DNA of 63,722 bases, filler included, from Neolecta irregularis DAH-3 (GCA_001929475.1; 12 parts of 12 records of this genome joined end to end with filler, not necessarily neighbours in it), one strand, 5' to 3'; positions 38,135-50,984 are shown, counted from the whole stretch's first letter. Program-made: numbers and translations. The notes: a model not told the origin generated them from the sequence alone.

Positions 38135-38576
38135 AGTCGAATATGTATGTAGAGTAAGACCACTGCAAAATTTTATATTCCAAAGATAATTGATCTGGAA
38201 ATTTCGAGACATATTTTATGCCCAGGACCGGAAGCTAATTAACGGTCTTTTCTAAAACCCATTCAACATAAATTTTCACGCCTAACGTATCTCGCTCAAT
38301 TTTTTAGATATCTCCTGGGATGGGGACCTGGATATTACAGTTAGATGTATCACCATTCATATAAGTTACGAGCTGCGGTAAATCTTTTCTCCAAACTATC
38401 CTCCTGCTGGAAAGCAAGAAAGATATTCAGATCGCCGAGGATGGACTGAATCGTATCAAAGCCTATAGTGTCGAGGTAGTTTTTGGAGGCATTGGAATGT
38501 ATGACCGACCTTTAAAATAAGCATCCAATTGAAGATCGTAAATTTGAAAGGTGTTAATTCGGGTTCTCATCATGCC

Positions 38577-38683
38577 CAGACTTGCTAACAAGTAAGCAAG
38601 TCCAATTCTGGACTTTTGACTTGCTTGCTTGCATATTTCAGGCCTTTGGACTTGCTTGCTTGGACTTACTTGCTATTTTACTT
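38577..38683 (+). mobile_element. DNA transposon or MITE terminus, same family as 8521-8582
   Basis: CAGACTTGCTAACAAG followed by multiple GACTTGCTTGCTT repeats, running into a gap. Confidence 0.65.
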
Positions 38684-38783
38684 NNNNNNNNNNNNNNNNN
38701 NNNNNNNNNNNNNNNNNNNNNNNNNNNTTAATTAATTAANNNNNNNNNNNNNNNNNNNNNNNNNNNNNNNNNNNNNNNNNNNN

Positions 38784-40363
38784 TGAACCCCAGAGTCTAT
38801 GAAAGAGCCAAACCGATGACACCTAAGAAAGCTTCTTTCCAAGAAAGTGGCAGAATTGCAGACAGCTTTGACACAGTCCTGATACATTTTTTTTACTCAC
38901 AAGCACTAAATCTATTCAGCACACAGGATCCATACAGGATCAGTATCTTAGCTACAGTGAACTAGTATGAAAGGTTGATTAACAATAGGAAAGATTTCTA
39001 TTGGTACTTTAAATCTCTATTGCAACAGGATCAAGCCAGGGATTACTATAACCAGAAATTGTCTATAAAGAATGCTTGCTATAGGAACTAAGGATACAAC
39101 AGACCAGAACAGAACAGATAATATCAATGAACAGATGATCAGAACATCCCTTTGAAGACCTTCCAGACTGAAAATCTCATGAAGAGGTTATAAGGAAAAG
39201 TTATTCAACTTGTGACCAAATTTAATGAAAATGTGTGTAAAAGTGAGACGATTCCAGCACCAGTTACCACGATTCAATCAGGCAATCCTACATCAAGTTA
39301 TTCAAGGAATAAAATTGAGTGCCACAGAAACAGTGAGTTTAAGGGGGAACAAGGAATTGTACTCGAACTCTAATACCACTGCAAGATAGAGAATGTCTAT
39401 ACGATCACATAGACCCAAGGAAGGTTTCAGTAGGACATTCCTAGTCTGAGATATTAAGCAAACAAAAAGAATATCTTAAGACCTATCTGGCGGCAGGAAA
39501 CTAAACAAGGAAAATATATTGGTAAGTATGAAAGATTCAGATCGACGAGGAGATTCCAACGAATGTCGAATTGTCTCCAACTGTATAGGCGAGATAACAT
39601 AGATGTGATATAATGACTAACCGAGTTATGCGAAGTTACCAAAACTTACTGAACTCGGTATAATAGAGACTGTCCCAATAACTTCAGATAAACTTGATAC
39701 GACAGTCAATTCCTGATACTAATGCTACAAGTAAGATTTCGGTCCTTCTTTTCTGAACTAAGAAAAACTGACAAAAGTTGAACAAGAAGTCGATTCTGAC
39801 GGGTTCAGATTCCACAGTAAGCAGGTAGGTCTTCCAATCAAACTATGCAGACTTCGGTGCAATCCAATGGAGAATCTGACTCTGGGAGATCTAATGAAAA
39901 ATCCCAACGAAGAGCCGCAATCACTCCCAAGAAGAGCTTNNNNNNNNNNCACGTAATGTCGCACAATGTTGTGTTACGTTATACCACTGTGTACCATGTA
40001 ACACCGTGTAGGACAAAGATAATGAAATGTAGTAAGCATATCTAGGGTCATATGCTTACAGTGATGCTAAAGAGTGGTGGAGAAATAGGAAATACCTAGT
40101 CAAAACCTGGGATGAGTTCAAGAAGGTAATCCAGGATGAGTTTATACCAGAATCCATCGACTCCACACTACTTGACAAATGGAATGCTTTATACCAAGGA
40201 AACTGACCCTTGAGCAGTTATATTGCAGATTTGAGAAGATACAGAAGATTAATCCCTGAAATCAATGAATATGCAGCAACTGCCAAGCTTAGGGATAGCA
40301 TGAACCCCAGAGTCTATGAAAGAGCCAAACCGATGACACCTAAGAAAGCTTCTTTCCAAGAAA
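38784..40363 (+). mobile_element. Degenerate Ty3/gypsy fragments (gag domain 40061-40363, partial LTR 39950-40060)
   Basis: AKEWWR...TWDEFKKVIQDEF...LYQGN*PLSSY gag motif with in-frame TGA; 39761-39938 homologous to reverse complement of 45360-45537. Confidence 0.75.
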
Positions 40364-40771
40364 NNNNNNNNNNNNNNNNNNNNNNNNNNNNNNNNNNNNN
40401 NNNNNNNTTAATTAATTAANNNNNNNNNNNNNNNNNNNNNNNNNNNNNNNNNNNNNNNNNNNNTGTTCAGTTGATAGGAAAACTCTGTCTCCTTCATTGA
40501 ACTCCTCATACCTGCGATGCTTATCTGCCCAGCTGCCTTTCAGTCCCACCTGGCTTTCCAGTCCCACCAAACTTTCCAGTCCTGCCCACCTTTCCTATCC
40601 CACTAGTCCCTCCTTCCTCTCTTTTCTCTCCTGTTCTGCCCATATCTACTCTCCTATCTGGCCATGTCTCCTCTGCCATCCCTGCATATCCCTCTCTCCT
40701 CACCCATCCTGCATGTCCTGTCTTGCCTCACCCATCCCTCTCATCCCTCCCTCCTTGCCTGTCCCTCATGT

Positions 40772-40935
40772 TGTAAGATACCATGTATCTTAGCAGGGCT
40801 GACTCATCAGTACTCTTGTGTGAAGACCTTTATTCTATATACCTGACTTGTCATTACTCTTGTGTGAAGACAAGGGGACTGACAAGGTTAGCCTATTTAC
40901 TTATAATACAATAAGGCCACTAATTAGTGGCTACA
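40772..40935 (+). mobile_element. Short LTR, family A copy 1
   Basis: TGTAAGATACCATGTATC...CTACA; related copies at 41772-41936 (-) and 44423-44588 (+). Confidence 0.8.
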
Positions 40936-41771
40936 GAATATAGTGGCATATTCCATTACCTTTCATAACCTTCCACCACTAGACTGCATTTGGTGTTCAT
41001 ACTAACCACCAGAGCACACTCCTTACAACTTGGGGCAGTAGTCCTGGAATCTACCACCCATACTTTTCCATTCATGGAGCCATGGTGTTGACCTGTACTA
41101 TGGTTTCTTCCTCAATTTCGTCTTCTGGCACTATAGGTTTGAGAGTTATCATGTGGGCATTGAGGGTTGGAGTCAATAGGGGATGGGACTTCTGCCTACC
41201 TTGTCCAAATTATAGGGGGATACCTATCTATTTTTGTCTTCAAGCTTCTTGTCATCATTAATGTGAACCAGACCAGACTTCAAGACTTCTTGGAAGTCAG
41301 GGCAGTTATTGTGGGAATGGTCCAAGGCATCCCACCATATATGTGAGAGCCTTTGTCTTGTTGAAGGTAAAAACTCTCTTATGGGATTTTATGTTGACAA
41401 GTGGATGGATGATAGTGACTGAGGAGTAACTATATCTATTCCAGAAGTAGGTGTAAAGCCCGCTTCCATAGGGGAAGTCAGGCTAGGCTATATAGGAATT
41501 GGGAATGGCTTTCCCCCCCAAAATATCACTTTCTCTCTTTCTGCCTCATTGCAGTCTCAAATGATGGCTATAGTCATCCTGTATCTAGGCATACCGGTTT
41601 GGGTAGGTCTAATCCATTGTGTTGGGTGGTATTAGCTGGAAGGGTAGCTTCTCCATACTCTGGAAGTTGTTTGTGGTGGTGGGGCCTCAATTCTGCTACC
41701 AGAACACTAAAACCGATTTGTGTCCTTCACAACCCTCAGATTGCATCGATTTTAGGATAGTTGGAAACCCT

Positions 41772-41936
41772 TGTCAAGGAGCAATTAGTGGCATTACTGT
41801 ACTATAAGTAGATAGGCTGACAATGGCAGTACTCTTGTCTTCAACCAAGAGTACTGACGAATCATGTATGTAGCAATATAGGTCTTCAACCAAGAGTACT
41901 GACAAGTCAGCCCTAACAGATACATGGTATCTTACA
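41772..41936 (-). mobile_element. Short LTR, family A copy 2, with degenerate gag-like sequence downstream (about 40940-41770)
   Basis: Inverted copy TGTAAGATACCATGTATC...TGACA; remnant zinc-knuckle-like DALDHSHNNCPDF near 41300. Confidence 0.75.
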
Positions 41937-43479
41937 GGTTCCAATTGACCCAAATAGCCAATTTGCTACTAAGGAAAGTATTCAACAGGTGATTGGTGAA
42001 GCCTCAAGAATAGGCAGAAATCATAGCTAGAGCCCCAGAATTAGAGGCCAAAAGACAGCAAAGGTATTGGAAAGAGCTAGTATTGATAGCTGCATGTTTG
42101 AATGGCAGCTAAATTGTGAATAGAATGGTTGGTAGACAAGTATATATATCGCTGTAATCAGCTTTACCATAGATTTTCGCCAGGAACATCCCAATGTCCT
42201 TTTTCCATTTTTCCTCAGTATTTACAAATATTCCACTGTCTTTTCCACAATGACCACCTTTTCCCATTTAACTCCTCTCTGAGTACGTAAAACCTAATAA
42301 ACCTTACATGCATAGGTAGCTCTTCATGAGGCAGCTATTTTCGCTGTATACATGAGACCTGTGCGGTTAGCGGTTATGGAGTTATTCGAGGTTTAAATGA
42401 TTGAGTTTTCTATTTTTCTGTATAAATAGCACCTTTATCCCATAACTGATAAGGTAACCTAGTTAATTCTTTATATGATTGGGTAGGGGTCGGCGAGATG
42501 CATTGTTTTGTTATATTATTGTCCATATGAATTGTTACTGCAGCCCAAGTTATCTAGCTTTTTCTTTCCATTGCTGAACTTAGCACTTTTCTTAAGGTAG
42601 AAGAGATTCCGGGAAATACATGGACTATCCCGAAGGTACTTCCCTTGGTTTCTTCATTCCCTAATGAGTACTTTTATATTAGTCAGTAGTCAGTGTCTAG
42701 CAACTTTTGCCATCTTATCCCTGCAGCCCCTTCTTTCTCTATATATTATACATAATTATATATCCTGCTTCCTCTAACATACTACATCGTGACAATATTT
42801 TTGGTGGTGTCAAATTAAGAGGTGTTTCACTTAACTTGGTGTTGAGCTTATTGGTACTTCAGAGTATCTGGTAGGGTTATTTCTCTTAAAACTATCTGAA
42901 AGATATATCAAGAGCTTAATATTTTACTTGTTTGTACTTTACAAGTAGTACAAGAGTTGCCGAAGTTACTTTATTGTAATTGTTTGTTGAACCTGTATAT
43001 TTGAGGGGTATACAACTGCTGCTACTTTGAAGTTTTGGGACATAGTCCTATCACCTCAGTAGTTAGTTAAGCTTTTAAATTGTATGACAGTTACTGAGCA
43101 CAGTAGCTCCACATATTGTCATTAATCAGCTTCTATCAAGAGGAGCTGATTAGAGTACCCTGCATCTATCTCTCCTACCTTGCACCCCAATCTCACCAAC
43201 CTCATAATCCCATCTTGCCCACATCACACCCCTATCTTACCCACCTCACACCCTCATCTTGCCTGCCTCACTCACCTCTTCCATCACTCACCACTGACCT
43301 GCCAGTGATCTTGTAAATGATGTTGTGTCATTCTGCCAAAGGATATTTACATTGTTGTTTTCCTTCTCTCTTTTGAACAAGAACAAGAATAAGTATCAAA
43401 TAATGAGAATAATATATATGCTCCCACTGTTATTCAAATACATCTACATTGTGATCCTCCTCCCAGTCATTTATTCTCA

Positions 43480-44385
43480 ATCATGACTTCAAACATTCTA
43501 AAACTTGGATAACTTCTATACCAAGTTGATTCCAATAATCTGAAACAGTGATTTTTGAGTAGAGAAGAGTCTTTCTGGTTCTGCAGACATTGCAGGAATT
43601 GATGGTTGTAAGCATATATGCTTACTACCTTTCTATCTATTGTACTGTGTTATCATACTGTTATATCTGCTATGGTAGTTCATGTCCTTATGGTAATTCA
43701 TTACTATATAGTTCCTGTACTAGTTTTGACTACCCTCCGCCTTGTACCTACTTCTGTTATACACTGGTTCTAAGTTACTCTAGTCCTCTCAGTGAAGCAA
43801 GCCCTTGTGGCATGCTTACAATAGTATATCTATGGCCATTTTGCTCAAGTTTAGATATGACTATTGTTGTGTTTCCTCAAGCCACCAAGTAAGAGCGGTT
43901 TCAAACTCATAAACATGATCTGCTTGATATTATTGAAGGTATTCATCTGTAGTAAGATTTAATAGTTTTGCTTGATCTATCCATAATAAGAACTCATTTG
44001 TTGTTGATGAAGGTTCAGTTTGAAGTGGAAGAGATTGCTCTATTGACTCGTACTCATTATTCTAAAAGTCTTGCATCATTTTTTTCCTGGCACAATCCAG
44101 GTTGAATTCCAATAGTTCTCAATGTACTGCCATTTGTAAGAAGGATGTAGAATAATAGCTGCAATATAGGTCAGTGATTCATTTGTGTGAGAGTAATATT
44201 TGTTGATTTTTGCACACCCAGAGTTGTACATTGGCACCATTATATTGTCAAACTTGTTATCTTCTTTCCCTTTTTCAAATTGCCCCAATATGTAGTCCAT
44301 GGCTGGAAGGACATTGTTAAGGGTCAAAGTTGATGATTCTAGAGCTTTTGTTGTCCTCTTTAATTTTTCAAGGAAGTGAGTTTAA
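43480..44385 (-). mobile_element. Degenerate hAT transposase
   Basis: VLPAMDYIL, KINKYY, AAIILHPSYK; dimerisation motif MAIDILSIPAMSAEPERLFS split by a solo LTR. Confidence 0.85.
43607..43820. mobile_element. Solo LTR (family B) inserted in the hAT dimerisation domain
   Basis: TGTAAGCAT...ATGCTTACA inverted ends; 5-bp target duplication ATGGT/ATAGT. Confidence 0.85.
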
Positions 44386-44422
44386 GGTTGGTTCTAAATC
44401 TACTGCAACCAACAAGGGAGGA

Positions 44423-44588
44423 TGTAAGATACCATGTATCTTAGAAGGGCTGACTTGTCAGTACTCTCATGTGAAGACCTTTATTCTACATACCTGACTT
44501 GTCAATACTCTTGTGTGAAGACAAGGGTACTGGCAGGGTCAGCCTATCTGCTTATAATACAATAAGGCCATTAATTAAGTTCGTGACC
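44423..44588 (+). mobile_element. Short LTR, family A copy 3
   Basis: High similarity to 40772-40935. Confidence 0.8.
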
Positions 44589-44699
44589 CTGGAAGTCAAC
44601 ACCCCTGGGAGTCGATTTCCTTCCCAAAAAGTATGTAAATTTTACAAAACCAAAATTTCTACAATACTCAATATAAAAAATGGCAAATTGCGAGCACAT

Positions 44700-45255
44700 G
44701 ATCTAACTAGCTATCAGAGATTTCATAAATGGAAGATTTAGCACCAAAAAAGCTGCAGAAACTGAATATGGCATCCAGTGAACAACTTTAATTGGGGGAA
44801 TGCAAGGTCTCACAAATCGCCACATTATCCATGAAAATTAACAACAATTAACCCCAACAAAAGAACAATTCCTTATTCAATGGATCCTTGAGCTAGATAT
44901 GCAAGGACACCCTCCATCTCATTCAAGAACCAGGGAAATGGCAGCTTACATTGTTGCCAAAAATGGGGACACTGTACCACTTGGCAAGAAATGGGTTACA
45001 AAATTCATCCAATGAAATCACCAAGTTTCATCTTGTATTGGCAGACCAATTGATGCATCTAGAATCAAGAATACACAACCAGAGATCCTGGAAGAGTTTT
45101 TCAATCAATTTCAACATGTTCAACATATACAACAAAAGAATATCTGGAATATGAATGAGACTGGAATTGCACTAGGTGTTTGTTCAAACACTCAGGTTAT
45201 TGCCAGCTCAGAAAGGAAATAAACATATGTCAAATCAACACAAAATCATGAATGA
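44700..45255 (+). mobile_element. Degenerate pogo/Fot1-like (Tc1-mariner) transposase
   Basis: LIQWILELDMQGHPPS..REMA..LGKKWVTKF CENP-B HTH and NIWNMNETGIALG; in-frame stops. Confidence 0.85.
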
Positions 45256-45359
45256 GAGTGCTTGAGTGGGATCTTGGGTTAGTTGCCTAAAGATTGAATC
45301 TTGGGAGGATACCACAACCAGTGGGATAGTCATCAGGTATTGAACAATACAGTTAGTAA

Positions 45360-47038
45360 AGCTCTTCTTGGGAGTGATTGCAGCTCTTCATTGGGATTTT
45401 TCATTAAGTCTCCTGGAGTTGAATTCTCCATTGAATTGCACCAAAGTCTGCATAGTTCAATTAGATGACCAACCTATGTACTGTGGAAGCTGAACCCATC
45501 AGAATTGAATTCTTGCTCAACTTTTGTCAGTTTTTCTTCGCCAGGACCAATGGAATGTCCTTTTTCCACCAAGCACCACAAGATGTATTCGAGATGATGG
45601 GGGCAGCTCAAGTTTGTAATTTAATTCAGATAGTTTCCTTGATATTCTGAATGGCCTTTTGTATCAAACCTGCAGTTTAGGTAGCAGTATCTGCTGCTTT
45701 CCCTCTGGGATTACCCTCAGGTTCTCTGATGATAACAAAACCTCATCCCCCTCTTGGAAGCTGTCCGCTCTCCTATGTCTATCAGCTTGCATTTTCTGAG
45801 CTTGTTGTGCTCTCGCCAATGCAACTTGAGTGTCGTCAAATATCTTTTGAAGCTCTACAGAGAACTCCATTACTGAGGGGTTAAAACCTCTGTACTTGAG
45901 GTCCTTTGTTGACCGAGGGTTATATCCTAGGTCAACTTCAAAAGGGGTAAACCCAAGTGATGCCGAAACTGAGCTATTGTATGTGAATTCTGCTGTTCCC
46001 AGCAGGGATAACCGATTGGCATTTTCTCCGATGAACATTTTTAGATAATCCTCGATGACCCTGTTCATCCTTTCTGATAGTCCATCCATCTGTGAATGGT
46101 ATGCAGTTGAGAGTTTAACATCAGTTCCAATCAACTTCCAGAACTTCTGCCAGAACTTAGAGTCAAATTGTGGGCCCAGATCCAATATAATTGCTTTAGG
46201 AATACCATGTAGCTGGTAATACTGATTTAACAACAACTTCGTGAGATCTTTTGCTGAACATGTAGTCCGTGAAGGCCAAAAGTGGCACCTCCAGGTTACT
46301 TTATCTACGTCAGTTAGTATTATGCCATAACCATCTATTATTGGTAAGCCTGTTATGAAGTCCATGGTAATTTCAGTCCAGTGTTCTGCTGGGATATTGA
46401 GTGGTTGCAACAGTCCTGCTTTTTTCCTGGTATCTGCCTTTACCTTAGCACATACCATACACGAGTTACAGAAGTTGTCAACTTGCGCTGACATCCTCTT
46501 CCAATAAAACTTTTTTCCCAGTGCGGATAATAATTTCTAAGGATCAGGATGGCCACGTGAGGGGTCGTCATGGTAAGCCTGCAACAGTTCCACTGTACAG
46601 TGTTCTGGTACACACACCCAATTCTCCCACAGCAGTAGTCCATCCTGGATTGTAAAGCCTTCCACTTGTATTCCTTTAAGATTTTTGTCCAAACCTCTTT
46701 CCATTCGCTAAGACTGATTGACTCCTGAATTTTCTTCACCCACGATTTGTCATTCTCCAGCATTATGGCAAGGCATTCGAATTCGACTTTCTGAGAGAGA
46801 GCATCCACAACCAAGTTAGCCACTCCAAGTAGATATTCTACTTCGAAATCCAAGAACTCCACCATAAACGCTAAGATACGAATATGTTTTGGGTTTAGTT
46901 TCGGCTGCCATAAAATGTATTGCAGAGCCTTATGGTCAGTCCGAATTGTAAATTTGGCTGCATGTAACAGGGGCCTAAACTTCTCTAAAGCCTTTCTAAT
47001 TGCGAACAATTCTTTATCATGAGTTGTCCAGTTAAGTT
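45360..47038 (-). mobile_element. Ty3/gypsy pol remnant (RNase H and integrase)
   Basis: KELFAI...FTIRTDHKAL, GLLQPL, ITMDFITGLP, STAYHSQMDGLSERMNR, TPFEVDLG; frameshifts. Confidence 0.92.
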
Positions 47039-47374
47039 NNNNNNNNNNNNNNNNNNNNNNNNNNNNNNNNNNNNNNNNNNNNTTAATTAATTAANNNNNN
47101 NNNNNNNNNNNNNNNNNNNNNNNNNNNNNNNNNNNNNNGTTTCGTTTGAATACGTTGGTTGGTTGTTCAACTGTGAATTGATTTGCAATTTGCTCAAAGT
47201 TACACTCGCAAGATTTGTCATGGATCACGTGATATAATGATCAGGATGATACGACATGAATTTTGAATGTGCAGCATACTTCACCAATGAAAGAAATGGT
47301 CGGATAGAAATCATTCTATGTTAGCAATCTTGGTTATTTAGTGAATATTGTATTGCACCTATCCTAATTGTCCA

Positions 47375-47560
47375 AAAAAACGGTTTGACCTGCCCGCCCG
47401 CCTGCCGGAAACGGTTTGACCCGCGCGCCCTCCTGCCGGAGATTGATTGCCCTGCACGCCCGCCGGAAGGTCTCCGGCGGGGTCGGGCGAGCGGGTGGAC
47501 ACACTGTAAAAAAATTTATCAAGCAAGTCCAGACAAGCAAGTCCAAATTTGCAAGTTGTA
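47375..47560 (-). mobile_element. hAT-like terminus (CAGTGTGTCCACCCGC with GC-rich subterminal repeats) abutting an AAGCAAGTC repeat remnant
   Basis: Repeated GGTTTGACC/CCTGCCGG units ending at 47506; AAGCAAGTCC x2 at 47521-47545. Confidence 0.5.
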
Positions 47561-48232
47561 AGCTTTGATACTCCGGAGTACAAATAAGACCAGGTTTATA
47601 GTACTAGCCTAAGTGTTGTATCTCCTAAGGAAAAGTACCTAGCCTAAATGCCCCTGCAGTCGCCGAGTTCATTAGCAGGCTACAAAGAGGGAGAGCCTCA
47701 TCTTATGTCAGTTGTTTACCATGGAGTATCCTCGATCATCGGGACTATGCGGGCGCCTGAGGAGTCACTAGGTAGCTTCCGGGGGTTGGGGTTTCCCGTT
47801 TGCTTATTATCACTCTTGCCGACCTGGGGGAGGCCGGGGTGTGGTGGGGGAGCCAAAGGATTAAAAAGCTAGTAACCTATTTTTATTGATAACCGAGCTT
47901 CAACACTTACTCCAACTTGTTGAATCGGTGGCTATAACACCTGCAATCATATCATAAAGAATATTTAGCCCAACAAAGAAAATGATAACAGAGGGGTGGA
48001 GTGTTGTGTTGGGAACACTGGTCAAGAGTTTCAAAGCAATGGTCTCTCTATGGTAAGACTACCTCTACTAGTTAGTTTAATAAATAGCATCCTAGTTGTC
48101 AATAGATTATAAAGATCTGAAACCTCTGCAGTAAGCTAGGCGTACATAGAAATTTATTGGCGGGCGATTAGACACCGCTATTAGCCTATTTGATTGAAAA
48201 AATGCATAAATTGGCCCATCCCACTTTTCACG

Positions 48233-48721
48233 ATGTCACTCATCATGAAGTTCCTCTTTTTCCTCGCCTGCTTTACCATCGCTAATCACGCGGAAAAATA
48301 TGATTATTTCACCCTCTATGTTCAGGAGGATCGAACACCCCAGCGTTGTTTCCAGACCAATCAATACCACCAAATGATAGTTGTAGACGATAAAGGCGAA
48401 CAGTGTTCGAATTTCTTCTTAGCTCACGATAACTTGCACACCAACATTGGGAACGAGAATCTTAGCGCGGAGGTCGTGGGGGGTGATGTTCTCGTCTTCA
48501 CCAGCGACGGGAAAACCAATACATATTTCTACGCGGGAAATCATGGAAATGTTGATAATAAAACTCCAGACTTCCTGGTGGACGTGGATGGGAAATCGAT
48601 TCAGTTTTACTTTTGTAACAGCGAATCGTCCGTATTTCTAAAGAGGGTTAACATAAATTGTAGTACAGGTTCATATGTACAACGACACAAGAAACGATCT
48701 ATCCCAAGTCTGATTGATTAA
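48233..48721 (+). CDS. Small secreted Cys-containing orphan protein (about 160 aa)
   Basis: Intronless ORF; MKFLFFLACFTIANHA signal peptide; four Cys in the mature part. Confidence 0.7.
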   Translation: MSLIMKFLFFLACFTIANHAEKYDYFTLYVQEDRTPQRCFQTNQYHQMIVVDDKGEQCSNFFLAHDNLHTNIGNENLSAEVVGGDVLVFTSDGKTNTYFYAGNHGNVDNKTPDFLVDVDGKSIQFYFCNSESSVFLKRVNINCSTGSYVQRHKKRSIPSLID

Positions 48722-50984
48722 GAAGATAAGGTGCAGCTTCAGAAGAGAGGAATGAGTTTCTAGAGAACATGTAGATGAAATAAAATACAATACTTCCTTT
48801 TTCAAAAGCCCATGTGTTGCTTGTGACACGAAGGCTGCAAGTCGGGGAGGTTCGAGGGATATTTGGATAACTTTGACTTCGTGTTTTGAGATAGTTTGAG
48901 GAATATGAGGCAGAGGGGGAGAGTGAAGGTGGACGAGGTAAGGAGAAAGGATTGTATTTGAAAATGACTGGCTCCAGGCACTTATTATAGGAAAGAGATA
49001 ACCATCCATCCCCCTTTCCCTGCAGAGGAACGAGTGCTACCTATAGAAAGAAACAAATATTAGAGAGAAACTATATAAAGGAGAAAGTAGAAAAAGATGA
49101 CCTTGACGCCTAACACTTATCATATCCTTGATGACGGTCATATCAAGCATTAGGCCATATTCTTGACTTCGGCAGTGGACAGGTGTTTGTTGAGGTAAAT
49201 ATTTGTGTTGTTGTGATTAATTGGGTGAGAACAAGGGTTTCGAATGTGGTGAGTCTGAGTAAGGACTGGGCAACCGAGAGAAAAGGGGAGGACGATTAAA
49301 AGGGGTTTTAGACGGAGGAAAAGGGGGTTGTGAATAGTTAATGGCTTCCAGAGCCAGCTGTTTGTGGAGGGAGAGGGAGAGTGAGGTTGTGGGTAGAGCG
49401 GGGTTCCGTGGTAAAGGTAATTTCTTGAAAAGGGTGTGAAAAATGTGTCTCGTACAACATGCTCCTTGTCCATATAGTTAAAAAGAATACCCAGTACTTG
49501 TTCCCGTAGAAAGTAAATCACATAATAGATAAATCCAGGTTTTATTGGCTTCCTGTGGGGATTGAGCACATTTCATTTCAGCACGAGCTTGTTGAAATAA
49601 CACGGGAAACTGGGCCATCACCAGACATTCCCCGAGGGTTGGTTCACATAATTCCGTTCTGCCAGTAGCATGCTGCCTGTGAGAACCAAGCTGAGGTACT
49701 TGCTACCCAGGCGAGCCTTAACGTGGTGTCTATCCTCGGTGTGGGCCTGTAACACACAGGTCGATGCTGCCTGAAAATATGGTAGATCCGCTAGATTCTC
49801 AAGTAATATTTCGATAGTTGTAATAAAGAAAAGGAGCGGAGCATTGTTATTGTGCTGTGGTCTACCTTCTTATATGACGAAGGGGAAAAGGACATAGCGA
49901 TATACCCAGCGAGAGAAACGAGCCACATCAGCAGCCACATCAAGTAAAAAGATAAAAAAAAAGAATACATGAGTTCCCAAGCTCCCGTAAACTACCTAAG
50001 GCGACTCCCCGGTGCTCCGCATACTCCCGATAGCGAGGATACTCTGTGAAACGCGATTACCAAAGATGAAGCTTCCGACCAGTACGACACGCTAGCAATA
50101 TGCGAGGGCAAGGAGGCAAGGTTTGACGGGGTCGAGGATAAAACATTCCGTATTCAGGATGAGCGAATGAAGAGAAAATGATACCGGGCAGGCTTATAGA
50201 TGATTGGTCCGAAGGAGAGTGGATAGTTGAAAAAGACTAAAGAGAGTTATAGCATTACTGACCGATTTTGGCGTGGGTGAGTGAAGGAACGTGGTTTTGA
50301 TCATGCGTACCACAGGCCTTTGCAGTAATAGACAACGTGGATTAGAATACATAGTGTCAAGCTTAGTGTGCGAGTCGCGCCAGGCCCTTCTAATATCCGA
50401 CAGAGCGCGCCTCCTTCCGCTCCCGGGTTCCATCACCTTATTCGGTGCCTCATTCCGTAGATACTCGTCATTGTTTTTGCAATGGTCGTGGGAAGATTTT
50501 GTTTGTCATTAGCCCACAACCAAACGCACAACTCATTAATTACCACCCAGTTGAATGTGAGAATCTGGCAGAAGAGCATGCGACGGCAAGTTCATTTTAA
50601 ATTTAATGCCTATCCCATTACGTCTACTATACATTCCCTTTCTAATAAAATATTTACCCGCGATTATACTGAATGAACCATTAGTCATTTAGAGAATAAG
50701 ACCAGCAAGCAAAGCAACACCCACAAAATATGACAACCTGTTCCTAACAGAACCGGCGGTGAAACTGTGAATGGGAGGCTTTACGGTAGTAGGTGAAGCA
50801 GGTTGTCTTACTGATGCAAAGCCGGTAGGAAGAGTAGTAGTCTTAAGATGTCAACCTGATTCTAAATAGAGATCATGCGGGAAGGGTTAGGGTTCCTTCA
50901 AGGGTTTCTGGACGACTATAGTCTCGACTTTGTCAGATTCAGAGAAGTCTTGAAGTTTGACTTCGCTAGAAGGTTCAGAAACCA

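Noticed and set aside
38175-38210. Heat-shock element upstream of SSC1 (GAAATTTC)
   Set aside because: Only two perfect nGAAn units; insufficient support
38784-40363. 63-bp exact direct repeat (38784-38846 and 40301-40363) as LTRs
   Set aside because: It lies in gag coding sequence at contig edges; most likely a k-mer overlap of mis-ordered contigs
47614-47905. Possible solo LTR (TGTTG...CAACA)
   Set aside because: No TSD and no second copy in the window
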